DNA of 33,994 nucleotides, taken from a virus (taxonomy: Duplodnaviria > Heunggongvirae > Uroviricota > Caudoviricetes). The notes under the pieces are model-generated. The model saw only the letters and a list, made by a program, of their open reading frames with translations. It was not told the origin of the DNA and did not search any database. The stretch is from IMG/VR virus record IMGVR_UViG_2802429241_000004. One strand, written 5' to 3'. Below are positions 8,672 to 19,238 of this stretch, one piece after another (within the stretch, counting starts at the first letter, position 1; the number at the start of each line of letters is the position of its first letter). The translations under genes and the position numbers were made by a program.

Positions 8672-9751
8672 TTAATCTGAGTCCATTTTCCCAAACTCTG
8701 TCAGGCCGAAAACGGAGCTACCAGAAACATGAGCTTGTAAGCCCGCTTCCTGCATTTCACTCAATTCAACTTCCTGGCTATCCTCTAATCCGATAGAGAA
8801 CATGGGATAGGCCCAGTTCCAATTCGGATCAGGAACCAAACTATTATTCTCTATCTTGAAAAAGCTGACCATGAGATGATGCCTTCCCTGTATCGCCTCT
8901 TCATCATTGATGTTGACCAGTACACCAAAGTGCTTGTAGCCGGCTTGTCCATTCTCGAACATTTTTATCTTGGTGCCGTTTCTGAACATCCAAAAAGAAT
9001 GATTTCCAGTGGAATCAGCGACCTGCAAGTTATCTTCGTCAATTTCCCAATTAAGATATTGTTTGATATCAGACTTTGGTTTGAGTTTTTCGTCATTACT
9101 AAACCATTGTATTGCCGGAAGTGGAAGGTGAAGACCTTCCGGCTGGGGAGGCTGACCTGCAGCAATGGAATGCATGATCTCTGTCATTGATGGAAGCCCC
9201 ATCAAATGCCATACATCATGGATATCCTTTTTAAGTATAAGAAGCCCTTTGGATACACCATCCGCGTAAGTTGACTTTAAGCGGACTAGTATGTCCTTGT
9301 TACCATCTTTGTCGAGGTCTTCAATGTTTACTGAAGAAGCCACAACCTCGTCGTCCCCTGCGTCTGGGATGATTGCCCAATACCCAATATCGTAGAATCC
9401 AGGTCTGCCAACCACCTTATCTATCAAACTCTGTCCAGAGGGCTCGAAGACCATCAGGAAACGGCTAAGGGCACCATTTGTGCTCACAGCTCTTCCGTAG
9501 ACTACAACGGAGTTTGAGGTGCTTAGATCGAGAGACTCGCTAGCCACTGAGTCAAACGCCACTGAGTCCAAATGTGTGGCAAGCTGCTGCTGGATGCACT
9601 CCCGAGCCATTTCAACTAATTTTTCGCGAACATCAGCAGATCGTATTGGCTGTGAAGTGAAATGGAAAAGCCCTACTGTAGCCGCTATGCCTATTATTCC
9701 CGAAATAACGGTACTTAGAACCTGCTCCTTTACCACTTTCACAACTTTCAT
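8672..9751 (-). CDS. hypothetical membrane-anchored protein (N-terminal TM helix, large C-terminal domain) at the P2 Z/fun variable locus; candidate superinfection-exclusion or defence protein
   Basis: Long ORF in an AT-rich island between FI and G. ATG at 9749-9751 preceded by purine-rich GAAG..AAGAAG; the ORF track's upstream start at 9781 is a GTG. Basic N-terminus then hydrophobic helix VLSTVISGIIGIAATVGLF; DLDKDGNKD loop; no known catalytic motif recognised. Confidence 0.6.
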   Translation of the reverse strand: MKVVKVVKEQVLSTVISGIIGIAATVGLFHFTSQPIRSADVREKLVEMARECIQQQLATHLDSVAFDSVASESLDLSTSNSVVVYGRAVSTNGALSRFLMVFEPSGQSLIDKVVGRPGFYDIGYWAIIPDAGDDEVVASSVNIEDLDKDGNKDILVRLKSTYADGVSKGLLILKKDIHDVWHLMGLPSMTEIMHSIAAGQPPQPEGLHLPLPAIQWFSNDEKLKPKSDIKQYLNWEIDEDNLQVADSTGNHSFWMFRNGTKIKMFENGQAGYKHFGVLVNINDEEAIQGRHHLMVSFFKIENNSLVPDPNWNWAYPMFSIGLEDSQEVELSEMQEAGLQAHVSGSSVFGLTEFGKMDSD

Positions 9752-10079
9752 CAATAGCTTCTTCAACTTCACTTCAGGCACCTAAATACTATTAAACTTG
9801 TCATGGGAAAATCCGATTATTATTGTAGAGAACAACAAAAACTGGCCTCGATTTTAGAGTTTTTCCAGTATCTATTTTCCGACTCGTTCGGCGGTAATCC
9901 ACCGTTATATTCATGAGGCCGGGGTGCACTATAATATTCAACTATATACTCTGTTTGTAGTGGCACATTAAATTTGGTGACAGATATGCATCACGTCCGC
10001 TCCTAGCACAGAGCGGACAGTCAGATTAGGTTTTACTCTGTGCCATAGATGAGTAATCTCACACCAGAGCTAATACGAT

Positions 10080-10658
10080 TTATTGCGGCATTTCTGGCCA
10101 TTCAATATCCGGGGCATTTTCCGGCTGAACGCGATTCAGTAGCACACGGTATTTTTTCCAGTGTGTCAGGCTTAACTTTTCTTCCTCGGTAGCCATATCT
10201 AAATCGACAGCATCCTGCAGCGTGGCAATAATTTCACCTGCATATGCAATCAGCTCTTTCTTCTGAGAGTCAGCCGCTCTGACAAGCGCATCACGCTCTG
10301 CATTCTCATCATTCACCCACGCATTTCCGTTCCATTTCTGATAATCCCCCTCAGGGGAAATGGCTGTCACGTCTGGAGGTAATGCGCCAAGTTCAGAAAT
10401 ATAAATGGCTGCTCCCGTTTTCGTTTCATAGACGGTCTTTCCGCGATGGTCTTCCATCAGTTCCCATTTCATTTCATCTGCATTGAAAACGGCTGCATAA
10501 CCAGCAGGAATATCAGGTGGTGCAATATCTGTACTGTTTGCAGGCAGGCCAGTATACGGTGGGATATATGCGTCACTTTCGCCAATAAATTCATTGGTTC
10601 CATCAAGTAAATTGAAAACGCGGATAGTTTGTGCTTCTGCACTCATTCTGAAAGCCAT
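10080..10658 (-). CDS. G: tail fiber assembly protein G
   Basis: Immediately follows H with TAATG stop/start overlap; size and position as in P2. Confidence 0.75.
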   Translation of the reverse strand: MAFRMSAEAQTIRVFNLLDGTNEFIGESDAYIPPYTGLPANSTDIAPPDIPAGYAAVFNADEMKWELMEDHRGKTVYETKTGAAIYISELGALPPDVTAISPEGDYQKWNGNAWVNDENAERDALVRAADSQKKELIAYAGEIIATLQDAVDLDMATEEEKLSLTHWKKYRVLLNRVQPENAPDIEWPEMPQ

Positions 10659-13273
10659 TATGCAAGCCTCACAATATAGTTAAATGCGATGTTTTTGACG
10701 GTATTTTCGGTATTACCCGTAGCATTTACCGTGATGGTGTGTCCGTGCGCACCTAATGCTACAGTGTGTGCATGGGCACCGATCCCTACTGTGTGGTTAT
10801 GCTGACCAATATCCACCGTATGGGCGTGCGCTCCGGCTGTGCTGGACACCTGATTGTTTCCTGAAGCCTGTACACGCTGTTTTCCACCGACAGAGTCGCC
10901 GCCATAAACACCACCGACAGTGTGCGTATGATTTCCCGTATTGTTCGTTGATTTTGTGCCGTGGTTAAACGTACTGACCGTCTTCGTGCCGTAATCAAAT
11001 GAACTGGTCGTTTTCGTTCCTAAGTCCGTATTTGACGCACTGGCGCTGTGAGTATGCGATTTAATCCCGTCCTGTTCCTGTGACAATACGGCACGCCCAC
11101 TGGCGGGTTTGCCCTTGATTGTCCAGCCGCGCATATCTGGAATAACACCAGAAGGATAGGCTATAGCCAGTTTCGGATATGCTGCCTTATCAAACGTCTG
11201 CCCCTGCATAATTGCATAGCCCGCAGGTGGTGTATCTGATGGCCACGGCAACGGAACACCTGGCGGAAATGCTTCAATATTTGCCGAGCCGTCAAATTTT
11301 ACGCCGTTAATTGTCCTTGCCGTTTTCAGCTTTGTAGCTGTAGCCGCATTGCCGGACAGTTCACCAGAAAGACCACCGCTGAATGTCTGTTTCGCCGCCC
11401 ATGTCTGAGCTTCGTCGATAATTGGCACACGTCTTGTCGTGATCGTGCGGCTTCCCGGATTTCCTGAAATACGCACCATAAAAAAGCGGTAATTCGCTTT
11501 ACTTACAGTGCTGCGCCATACATGCATTGAGCGCCCCGTACCGGAATCATCACTCGGACCAACTGCGATGTTTATCAGGTTGCCATCAATGACGCCCCAG
11601 TCCATACCGTCGGGAATGTTGGTCATGTTATCAAGCCGAACGGTTATCAGACTGCCCGGCACAAAGTCGTGGGTCTGCCAGTCCAGGCTGGTGAGCTTTG
11701 CCACTGCACCGCCGATACCCAGATTCAGGGGAAGTGAATACGAGGTGTAGACTTCCCGCCATTCGCTCCATGAGCTGCCGGTAAAAACGCGCTCAAACGT
11801 GCGACCTTTAAGGGTTGTACCTGTTCCGGCAGTTGTATAACGCTGCCATACGTTAACACCATCAAAGCGCCTCAACACTTCCAGAATACCGAGGACTGTC
11901 ACGCCGTTTCCGTCCAGTATTGGACCATTGGTCGCTTTACCTGTAACGCTGTAAATACCCGGTGAAGTCACATCATTCAAATCCCCGTCGTAATAACGAC
12001 TCTCTGACTGATGACCGACTCTTAACCACGGTTCCCACTGCGGATTTGATGCATCCCAGCTTGCCGCAAGGCAGCGGACATACATATTTCCACGGCGAGT
12101 GGTATAACGTTGCGTTCTTCCATAATTCCCGCCTTCGAGGATCTCAAGCGTCCCCTGAGCAAAGCCGCCTTCCTCTGGATAATTGCGTTCATATGAAGCT
12201 ATAGCCGAGCTACTGTTACGCCATAAACCAAGATGCTCGGCGGCTCCAAGCGTATTCAGGTCTATAGTCGTACTCAAAGGGCGGGTAGCAGATTGAGTGT
12301 GACGCCATACGCCCCACGGACCATCAGTGCCATTCCACTTATTGGCGAGTTTACGCATGTATACATTGCCGTCTCTCGTGGTAAAGCGTTGAGTACCTGC
12401 AAAATTGCCGGCAGCAAAAACCTCAAGCACACCGACAGCATTATCTTCCGGGAAATTTTTCTCCAGTGTTGCGTTAGTTGAGGTAGCTTTAGACCAGATC
12501 CCCAGATAAGCCTTAACGGGACCAAATGTATTCAGGTCGGCATCAACCGGCATTTCGCCATTGTTTTTCATAAACGTCAGGCTGGTAACGCCAACATTGT
12601 CCAGAAAAGCTGATTTATCCTGGATATCTGCACCGTTCTGATTTTTCGCCAGACGTGAATTTGCGTTGTCATTTGCTGCCTTGACCGCTTTTGGCGTTGC
12701 TGCCAGCTTTTCACTGGTGCTGTTTGTTGCACTGCTTAACTGAGTAAAACCTTTTTCTGTCAGCGTGGCGTCAGGATGGCGGCGGGACTGCTCATGCTCT
12801 GCGATTTTGTCATCGACGTAATCCTGCGTCGCCATCACTGTGCTGGCATCAATACTCAGCTCAACAGACGCCACGTTACTGACAATAATAACCATGCGGC
12901 AGGTCTGCGCACGCCCGGAGCCTTCAGCGAGTTCAGGCTTATAGCTTTCCGCCATGTTGGCGACCGCAATCAGTGTTCCGGCATCGTCATACAGACCAAG
13001 CTCACGCATCCAGAAGCCGCCCACTTCGGGCGGAACAACCAGTTCAGCCACGATATAGTTTTTATTCTTATTATCCACGCTGACTTTATTCAGGGCGTGA
13101 CGCCAGACCTCATGCACCAGTTTCGTCTGACCGGCATCCGGCACCGGCAATTTGCCATTACCGTCACCCACGGCCATTGCAGACAGGGTTACTTTTTTCC
13201 CGCCGGGGACAGTGGCGGCTGCCAGCTTTGCGGCTCCGGCAGTAGTGATAACGGTTTTAAATTTCGTGCTCAT
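10658..13273 (-). CDS. H: tail fiber protein H (871 aa, enlarged and mosaic, His-rich repeat tip)
   Basis: Begins [27 protein letters not shown] (conserved P2 H N-terminus); C-terminal region carries repeated HTHTV/HAHTV/HNHTV units. Confidence 0.85.
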   Translation of the reverse strand: MSTKFKTVITTAGAAKLAAATVPGGKKVTLSAMAVGDGNGKLPVPDAGQTKLVHEVWRHALNKVSVDNKNKNYIVAELVVPPEVGGFWMRELGLYDDAGTLIAVANMAESYKPELAEGSGRAQTCRMVIIVSNVASVELSIDASTVMATQDYVDDKIAEHEQSRRHPDATLTEKGFTQLSSATNSTSEKLAATPKAVKAANDNANSRLAKNQNGADIQDKSAFLDNVGVTSLTFMKNNGEMPVDADLNTFGPVKAYLGIWSKATSTNATLEKNFPEDNAVGVLEVFAAGNFAGTQRFTTRDGNVYMRKLANKWNGTDGPWGVWRHTQSATRPLSTTIDLNTLGAAEHLGLWRNSSSAIASYERNYPEEGGFAQGTLEILEGGNYGRTQRYTTRRGNMYVRCLAASWDASNPQWEPWLRVGHQSESRYYDGDLNDVTSPGIYSVTGKATNGPILDGNGVTVLGILEVLRRFDGVNVWQRYTTAGTGTTLKGRTFERVFTGSSWSEWREVYTSYSLPLNLGIGGAVAKLTSLDWQTHDFVPGSLITVRLDNMTNIPDGMDWGVIDGNLINIAVGPSDDSGTGRSMHVWRSTVSKANYRFFMVRISGNPGSRTITTRRVPIIDEAQTWAAKQTFSGGLSGELSGNAATATKLKTARTINGVKFDGSANIEAFPPGVPLPWPSDTPPAGYAIMQGQTFDKAAYPKLAIAYPSGVIPDMRGWTIKGKPASGRAVLSQEQDGIKSHTHSASASNTDLGTKTTSSFDYGTKTVSTFNHGTKSTNNTGNHTHTVGGVYGGDSVGGKQRVQASGNNQVSSTAGAHAHTVDIGQHNHTVGIGAHAHTVALGAHGHTITVNATGNTENTVKNIAFNYIVRLA

Positions 13274-13283
13274 TGTTTCTCAC

Positions 13284-13814
13284 TTATCCGGGATAAACAG
13301 TAATAACATCACCATCACAGACCACACCGCCTGTATACAGATAGCCGGGAATGTCCTGGATAATGTTCAGACCGATAAGGTGGCGACTTGCGGGTTTGGC
13401 ATCGGCAATCAGCCGTTCCATTTCCAGATACATTTCCTCTGTGATACCGCTTTCCAGTACGCCGATATCAAGGCGAAAGGTGCCGGGCGGGTCGTTTGTC
13501 TCCCACCACTCCTTTACGTTAATGAGATAGCCGAGCGGCTCCACCACACGCCGGATTGCGCCTATAGTGCCCTTATGGCAGTGAATGAAATACGCATCGC
13601 GGATAACAGCGCGTTTTGTCGCTTCCGGCCACTTTTCATCCCATCTGTCGACCGAAAACGCCCACGCCAGCCACGGCAGCAGATTTGCCGGGCAGGTGTC
13701 CGGGTTCCACAGCTCACGAATACTGACCGGCGTTTTTTCAATTTCCGCACAGGCTTTTGCAGCGGCGACTTCAAGCGGTGATGAGCCGGTCGGCAGCAGG
13801 CGCGAATCACTCAT
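13284..13814 (-). CDS. I: baseplate assembly protein I
   Basis: Size (176 aa) and position match P2 gpI. Confidence 0.8.
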   Translation of the reverse strand: MSDSRLLPTGSSPLEVAAAKACAEIEKTPVSIRELWNPDTCPANLLPWLAWAFSVDRWDEKWPEATKRAVIRDAYFIHCHKGTIGAIRRVVEPLGYLINVKEWWETNDPPGTFRLDIGVLESGITEEMYLEMERLIADAKPASRHLIGLNIIQDIPGYLYTGGVVCDGDVITVYPG

Positions 13815-14715
13815 CCGAACCTCCGGTCACGACGCGGTATTCGGTACAGAAAGACGCCTGCGTACTGTTGAGCACGATGTCGGCCAGCGGTGCAGCCAGT
13901 TCGACACGCTGCACGCCTTCCACATGCAAAGCGGCATAAATGGCAGACAGACGGATGTCACGCCCCAGCCGGTGCTGTGCCGTGATATACGCTTCCAGTT
14001 TTTTTACGGCGGCAGCGCGGATGGGTTCGCTTTCGGGACCAGGGTAAAGGTAAAGCGTGGCGTTTATCTGGTATTCAACGATGGCGGCAGACTGCACGGT
14101 CACGCGGTCGGCCACCGGCCTGACGTCCTCGCCATTAAGAGCGTTACGCACCACCGCCAGCAGGTCTTCGGATGCGACACCGTTATTTTCACGTGACAGC
14201 ACAGAGATGGTGACGCAGGCCGGAGACGGACTGGTGACAGAGATATCCGCGACACGCCCGTCGGCACTGCGACCATGATACTGATAGGCACCCACCGACC
14301 CGGCAACGCTTAAACCTTCAAACGCCTGCTGAATACGCAGCCGATAATCGGTGTCAGACTCCATCACTGCCGGTGTCGGCGGGATGGTCGAATCATCTGC
14401 CGGGGTGATAATCAGGCGTGTGGTGTTGTAATTGGCACCAATCACATCAAGGTCATTACCGGCTGCACAGGCCAGCATCACCGCCCGTGCGGCCTCATTC
14501 ACACGCTGACGCCAGATAAGCTCACGATAAGCGTTTTCTTCCAGCAGTTTGACGAGAGGCTCGGATTCCAGTGTCAGGGTACGGGCGACCGCCTCCTGCT
14601 GGTCTTCCGGGTAAAGGGAAATCAGTGTCGCCTTGCGTTCGGCGAGAATGGTTTCAAAGTCCAGCTCCTCGACCACATCCGGTGCGGGTAGCTGGTTCAG
14701 GTCGATAATCGGCAT
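13807..14715 (-). CDS. J: baseplate assembly protein J
   Basis: Size (302 aa) and position match P2 gpJ. Confidence 0.8.
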   Translation of the reverse strand: MPIIDLNQLPAPDVVEELDFETILAERKATLISLYPEDQQEAVARTLTLESEPLVKLLEENAYRELIWRQRVNEAARAVMLACAAGNDLDVIGANYNTTRLIITPADDSTIPPTPAVMESDTDYRLRIQQAFEGLSVAGSVGAYQYHGRSADGRVADISVTSPSPACVTISVLSRENNGVASEDLLAVVRNALNGEDVRPVADRVTVQSAAIVEYQINATLYLYPGPESEPIRAAAVKKLEAYITAQHRLGRDIRLSAIYAALHVEGVQRVELAAPLADIVLNSTQASFCTEYRVVTGGSDE

Positions 14716-14719
14716 GGTT

Positions 14720-15067
14720 TCAACTCACAGGGATGGTTAACGAAAGTGGCTGGCCGGTGTCGTTGTGCTGGCCGGTTAACGTAACTGTCATTCGCCCGTC
14801 AAAACTGCGCGCCGTGGTGACGGATGACAGGGTGACGCGGGGCTCCCATTTCAGTACCGCCATGTAACAGGCGACCTTAATCTGCAACTCAAGCGCCGGG
14901 GTCTGCGGCTGGTCAATCATTGACGCCAGCAACGAGCCGTAATCACGACGCATCACCCGCGAGCCGACCGGTGTGCGCAGGATATCGCCGATACTCTGGC
15001 TGATATGCTCAAGGTCAGTGACAGTCAGGCCATCACTGCGATTCATTCCGAGATAACGCGCTGTCAT
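14720..15067 (-). CDS. W: baseplate wedge protein W (gp25-like)
   Basis: Size (115 aa) and position match P2 gpW. Confidence 0.8.
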   Translation of the reverse strand: MTARYLGMNRSDGLTVTDLEHISQSIGDILRTPVGSRVMRRDYGSLLASMIDQPQTPALELQIKVACYMAVLKWEPRVTLSSVTTARSFDGRMTVTLTGQHNDTGQPLSLTIPVS

Positions 15068-15705
15068 TTTGTCCCCTGTGTCCAGTTGTCTCCTGACTTA
15101 ACACCACCGTGACCGTGGTCATCCACCTGAACGCCGTTAGACGTGAATTTCCCATCGGTATGCTCGATGTTGCCGTGCATCTTCCCGCCCTTCTGCACTT
15201 CCAGCGTGCCGGTAGTCAGTTTGTTAGTGCAGACCACCTCTGGTGTGTCCAGGGTGACGCGGGTTGATGCTTTCACCATGACCACCGGCACCGTGGCAGT
15301 AACAGAATCAGAAGCCGTCACGCTGGCCGTTTTAATTCCGCTTACCGTGAGTGCACTGGTTTCAGGTTCATACTCAATCACCGCCCCGTCAGGGAAACGG
15401 ATATGCAGGGCATCCGCCGACGCAGACGGCGCGGGGTTATCACCGGAATAAATCCCCGGCAGAACGAACGCCGTGTCGAGTTCACCGCCCACGGCCAGAA
15501 TCAGCACCTGTTCCCCCACGGAAGGTGCCCACCATGTGCGCGAACGACCGGCGCGATGGGTCAGCCACTGCAGCCAGTCGGTACACATGCCGCCGGTCTG
15601 CACACGGCAGCGACCGGCGTTAAGGTCGGTTTCGACGATAACGCCGGTGCGAATCATGTTGCGCAGTGCGCGCGCGAGTTCCTGAATATTTGCGAGAGTG
15701 TTCAT
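15064..15705 (-). CDS. V: baseplate spike protein V
   Basis: Size (213 aa) and position match P2 gpV; HGHGG motif near the C-terminus. Confidence 0.8.
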   Translation of the reverse strand: MNTLANIQELARALRNMIRTGVIVETDLNAGRCRVQTGGMCTDWLQWLTHRAGRSRTWWAPSVGEQVLILAVGGELDTAFVLPGIYSGDNPAPSASADALHIRFPDGAVIEYEPETSALTVSGIKTASVTASDSVTATVPVVMVKASTRVTLDTPEVVCTNKLTTGTLEVQKGGKMHGNIEHTDGKFTSNGVQVDDHGHGGVKSGDNWTQGTK

Positions 15706-15771
15706 AACGGGAAGGATGCCGCCGGGTCATACCGGCGGCAATGTGACGATGAGGTGTCAGGAATGGCACAA

Positions 15772-16224
15772 CTAACGGTCGAGGTGAGCCAGGATAATCT
15801 CTTCAATCATCTGCACATCCTCACCGGTAAAGCCGAGCAGAGGACGCGCCGGATAATCAATTTTCTTACCGTCTTTTCGGTTTTCTTCCGACAGACCGAA
15901 CTGATGCACACTGGCAATTTTCGGCGACTTCCCGCCGTAAAACTCCATTGATGCCTGTTCCGGGCTGGCGCGGATATGCAAAAAACGACTGGTGATAAGT
16001 TTCGCAAACATTTTTCGCTTAACACGACCGGTCTTTTTTCTGGCGCTCTGCTGCTGGCGTGGCACGTAGGGTGTGCCGTCCGGGGCTTTCTGTGCCATCA
16101 CCCGGCGCTGCTGACTCTGCCGCAGGCGCTTCGCCAGTTCGGCACTCAGTCGCCGACGCCCTGACGGTGACAGCGACTCAATCAGTCCGGTCAGCCGGTC
16201 TTCAAAACGCTTAAACTCATTCAT
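15772..16224 (-). CDS. S: tail completion protein S
   Basis: Size (150 aa) and position match P2 gpS. Confidence 0.75.
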   Translation of the reverse strand: MNEFKRFEDRLTGLIESLSPSGRRRLSAELAKRLRQSQQRRVMAQKAPDGTPYVPRQQQSARKKTGRVKRKMFAKLITSRFLHIRASPEQASMEFYGGKSPKIASVHQFGLSEENRKDGKKIDYPARPLLGFTGEDVQMIEEIILAHLDR

Positions 16225-16684
16225 CCCACTTGCTCACCAGTTCGCGATTGATATACAGCTCCATCGGGCGGGTGACCGGCTCCGGCGGCGGAGGTTCCGG
16301 GATATTCTTCACATGCAGCGCACCGTCAACCTCACTGACCAGCGTGCGCTCGGTCAGCATCAGGCTGATACTGATATCAAAGCTGCTGTCATTGTTGATG
16401 TCTGCATAAAACGTGAAGCCCTTTTTCTGGCCTGCGTCGGTGGTCATGATGTCGGGCTGATTTTCCCGCAGCCACGCCAGCACCGGCACGATGAGCAGGT
16501 CAAAATCACCGGTAAAGTCGGTCACAATGACATTGAGCGTGTAACGCTTTTCGAATGACAACGACGCCGCCAGTGTGGAGGCAATACTCCCGTTATCCAC
16601 GAATATCCGCAGCATATCGGGGTTAGTTTTCAGCACCGTGACGGCATCAGTCAGCGCCCTGCGCAGGCTGTCGGGTTTGAGCAT
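16217..16684 (-). CDS. R: tail completion protein R
   Basis: Size (155 aa) and position match P2 gpR. Confidence 0.75.
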   Translation of the reverse strand: MLKPDSLRRALTDAVTVLKTNPDMLRIFVDNGSIASTLAASLSFEKRYTLNVIVTDFTGDFDLLIVPVLAWLRENQPDIMTTDAGQKKGFTFYADINNDSSFDISISLMLTERTLVSEVDGALHVKNIPEPPPPEPVTRPMELYINRELVSKWDE

Positions 16685-16939
16685 CGTTTTCGTCCTGACA
16701 GTGTTTAATCATTTTTACCTGGCTGGCACAGCGTGCCAGCGCGTTCTCAAGCTGCCGGATATCGGCACTTAAATCGCCGTTCGTCTCCGGGTCACTGCCC
16801 GGTATCGGGCAAAGACTCACTTTCGGGCAGGCGTTGTGGACAATCACTGGCGTCGGTGCAGGCGGGGCGCTGGTGCAACCGGCGCACAGCATCAGGCAGG
16901 TCAGCACCGTACCAGCGGCGAAAATCTTCGTTTTCATTA
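16647..16939 (-). CDS. lysC: LysC, Rz1-like outer-membrane lipoprotein spanin, embedded out of frame in lysB
   Basis: Internal Met gives MKTKIFAAGTVLTCLMLCAGCTSAPP (signal peptide plus lipobox LCAGC) followed by a Pro-rich segment; overlaps the lysB 3' end and R 5' end as in P2. Confidence 0.65.
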
Positions 16940-17226
16940 AGTAACCTCGTGATGGTTTTCTCGCGCTGTGCTTCACGCTTCGCGGCGTTCTCCAGTTCCT
17001 GACGCAGTGCCACCTGCGCCAGCTCGTTTTTGTCTGCCCTGGTGAGGGCAACATGAAGCTGATTTTTCAGCATGGTGATGGTCGCCTGCTGCCCACTGGC
17101 GACGTTGTTCGCCCTGTCCAGCGAGGCGCGCAGGCTGGCGTTTTCATGCTTCACCAGAAACAGCGCCGCTACCGCCAGTGATAACAACACAACCAGCACA
17201 ATCATCAGCTTTGACATGGTTCCCAC
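16792..17226 (-). CDS. lysB: LysB, Rz-like inner-membrane spanin
   Basis: N-terminal TM helix (LMIVLVVLLSLAVAALFLV) then coiled-coil; start may be the internal Met at 17217. Confidence 0.7.
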   Translation of the reverse strand: MGTMSKLMIVLVVLLSLAVAALFLVKHENASLRASLDRANNVASGQQATITMLKNQLHVALTRADKNELAQVALRQELENAAKREAQREKTITRLLNENEDFRRWYGADLPDAVRRLHQRPACTDASDCPQRLPESESLPDTGQ

Positions 17227-17630
17227 CCCTCAAGACGCTGACGGCAGGCCGTACGTATCAGCCGGAAGAACACCGATGCCACGAGATAAATCAGCGCGGT
17301 AAAAATCCACCCGGCGGCAACCAGCGAGATAAACGTCGCCACCATCACCACCAGAGCTACTGCCCGCCTGCGCCACGGCACCGGCTGCAAAAACAGCGAC
17401 GTGACAATCTTCACGGCCAGCGATTCCGGCGGCAGCTCCCGCCCGTAGCGTTCAAGTACATACTCAGTGGCATACACGCCGACACCACCGGCAACCACAC
17501 AGATAACCGTCGCCAGAATCGACCAGGCAGCGACAAAACTGACGTCCACGCTCTGCGGGTAAATCAGGGACAGTGCCAGCATCAGCGCCAGCGACACGTT
17601 CAGCATCAGTGAAAGGGATAATTTCTTCAT
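17205..17630 (-). CDS. lysA: LysA lysis-timing membrane protein
   Basis: 141-aa multi-TM protein following endolysin K, as in P2. Confidence 0.7.
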   Translation of the reverse strand: MKKLSLSLMLNVSLALMLALSLIYPQSVDVSFVAAWSILATVICVVAGGVGVYATEYVLERYGRELPPESLAVKIVTSLFLQPVPWRRRAVALVVMVATFISLVAAGWIFTALIYLVASVFFRLIRTACRQRLEGWEPCQS

Positions 17631-17644
17631 GGTGTTTACTCCGT

Positions 17645-18142
17645 TTAAGCCGGTACGCCGCCAGCGGTACGCCAGACGGTGACCAGTTTTTCCAGTGAAT
17701 GCTCACGCTGACCGTAACCGGCTCCCGGCAGGGACGCCCAGATATTGCGACAGCGTGAAATGGCGCGCTCAATGCGTCCCGCCCGGATGTCATCCAGTGC
17801 ACCGCGTTCGCGGATCAACTGAATGGCGAGTCTGTCCTGTGACAACGGACTGAAATCCGGCAGGGCAAGCTGTTTGCGGTAGTGCGGCCAGAACAGGTAA
17901 AGCTGCTGATAGCGACCGGAGGCCGTGGACTTTTCACCGCGACGGTTAAACACCTTCGCCGGTCGGCCATGCGCGAACGGGTGGTCACTGTAGTCGGTGA
18001 AAATTTCCGGCTTCCCGTCCAGTCCGGTGACTATCACGTCATAGCCCCGGTTTTTCGTCAGCGGATGATTCGCCGTCCCCTCGGACACGGCCAGCATGTC
18101 GAGAAAGGCGGCGATATTCTGATGCGTGTTAATTACCGGCAT
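17645..18142 (-). CDS. K: endolysin K (lysozyme-like)
   Basis: 165-aa protein starting MPVINTHQNIAAFLDMLAVSEGT, position after the holin as in P2. Confidence 0.8.
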   Translation of the reverse strand: MPVINTHQNIAAFLDMLAVSEGTANHPLTKNRGYDVIVTGLDGKPEIFTDYSDHPFAHGRPAKVFNRRGEKSTASGRYQQLYLFWPHYRKQLALPDFSPLSQDRLAIQLIRERGALDDIRAGRIERAISRCRNIWASLPGAGYGQREHSLEKLVTVWRTAGGVPA

Positions 18143-18423
18143 TACTGTTTCCCCCTGCCCTTAAAGCGGCGCTGAATGGCAATCTCAATCACCTGATAAC
18201 CGGCGATACCCAGCATGGAGCCGATGCCGCACACCGCAGGCAGTGACAGGTCAGGAAACTGCACCAGAACAACACCGGCAACCATCGAGACAAAACCACC
18301 GAGCAACATGCGCCCGATAAACAGACGCGGGGTGATGGGTTCACCACCGGCAAGCACCTTGCCGACAACAATCAGCACCCCAATCATGAAAAGCGACAGG
18401 ACGCTTTTTTCTTCTGCTGTCAT
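18142..18423 (-). CDS. Y: holin Y
   Basis: 93-aa protein with hydrophobic helices and charged C-terminus (RRFKGRGKQ), directly upstream of K. Confidence 0.75.
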   Translation of the reverse strand: MTAEEKSVLSLFMIGVLIVVGKVLAGGEPITPRLFIGRMLLGGFVSMVAGVVLVQFPDLSLPAVCGIGSMLGIAGYQVIEIAIQRRFKGRGKQ

Positions 18424-18426
18424 GCG

Positions 18427-18630
18427 TTACTCCCACAGATTGACAGTTTCAGCCACGGGCGCGGTCTGAACGTCGGGCAGTTCGACGGCGGTGCCGTGTG
18501 GCAGCACCGCCCCCAGTTCAGCCAGTCCCGGATTTGCGGCGAGCACGGCCTCGACCACGCCCTCAGTGCGCCCGTAATACCGGACACAAATGGCGTCGAG
18601 CGTGTCGCCCTGTAGCGCAAAGGTCTTCAT
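18427..18630 (-). CDS. X: tail protein X (67 aa)
   Basis: Internal Met start MKTFALQGDTLDAICVRYYGRTEG; the longer 90-aa ORF would overlap L. Confidence 0.7.
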   Translation of the reverse strand: MKTFALQGDTLDAICVRYYGRTEGVVEAVLAANPGLAELGAVLPHGTAVELPDVQTAPVAETVNLWE

Positions 18631-19139
18631 CAGATTTGACTCACGATGCAGCGCGGCTTGTCCTGGATGCGCGCCACTGCCCAGCGCATATCCCGCCACA
18701 GCTCATCAATGGTGCTGTCTATGCTGTCGGCCTTTTTGTCGCCTTTCGCACTGGCATCCACGCCGCGATAACGCTCATAAAGCGACGCGGTCGCCATCGC
18801 ACACACGGCGCGCTCGTAGTAAAAAACTTTGATGCTTTCACCGTCGATGTCGTCCGCCGGGACGTCCGCCAGACGCGTAAAACCGGCGGCAATTTTCTGT
18901 TCGCGGTACTCGTACAGCTCCGCATTTGTTTCCGCCATACCTGACTTGATGGCCTCACGCAGACGGGCGGGGGCGACGGTCTGCTCAAGGCGCATACGTT
19001 CCCGGACGCGCTTCGGGTCGATATCGGGAAAAAAGAACGTGTTTTTAATCACCGGCTCATCGCCTGCCGGTTGCGGGATGACCACCGTACCCTCACCGGA
19101 CACGGGAGCCTCCTTTCGCGGAATAATCAGCGTCATCAT
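18630..19139 (-). CDS. L: head completion protein L (169 aa)
   Basis: Start at the MMTLIIPRKEAPVSGEG internal Met pair (ATGATG at 19136-19141 on the minus strand). Confidence 0.75.
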   Translation of the reverse strand: MMTLIIPRKEAPVSGEGTVVIPQPAGDEPVIKNTFFFPDIDPKRVRERMRLEQTVAPARLREAIKSGMAETNAELYEYREQKIAAGFTRLADVPADDIDGESIKVFYYERAVCAMATASLYERYRGVDASAKGDKKADSIDSTIDELWRDMRWAVARIQDKPRCIVSQI

Positions 19140-19238
19140 GACTACCTCTGAAAAGTCGGGCGGTGGACGCCGGTGCAGTGTCAGGTGATTCACCCTCACT
19201 GACCGGCGTGCCGCCCTGGCGCGGGGCGCATTCGGTTG

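Noticed and set aside
10690-10960. Possible tandem DNA repeat or CRISPR-like array suggested by repeated HTHTV coding units
   Set aside because: The repeats are short, in-frame, protein-level units inside the tail fiber gene, with no regular spacers; no CRISPR array is present anywhere in the window.
12776-14196. Plus-strand ORFs 12776..13303, 13152..13781 and 13585..14196 overlapping H, I and J
   Set aside because: Antisense to the baseplate and tail-fiber genes; no independent support.
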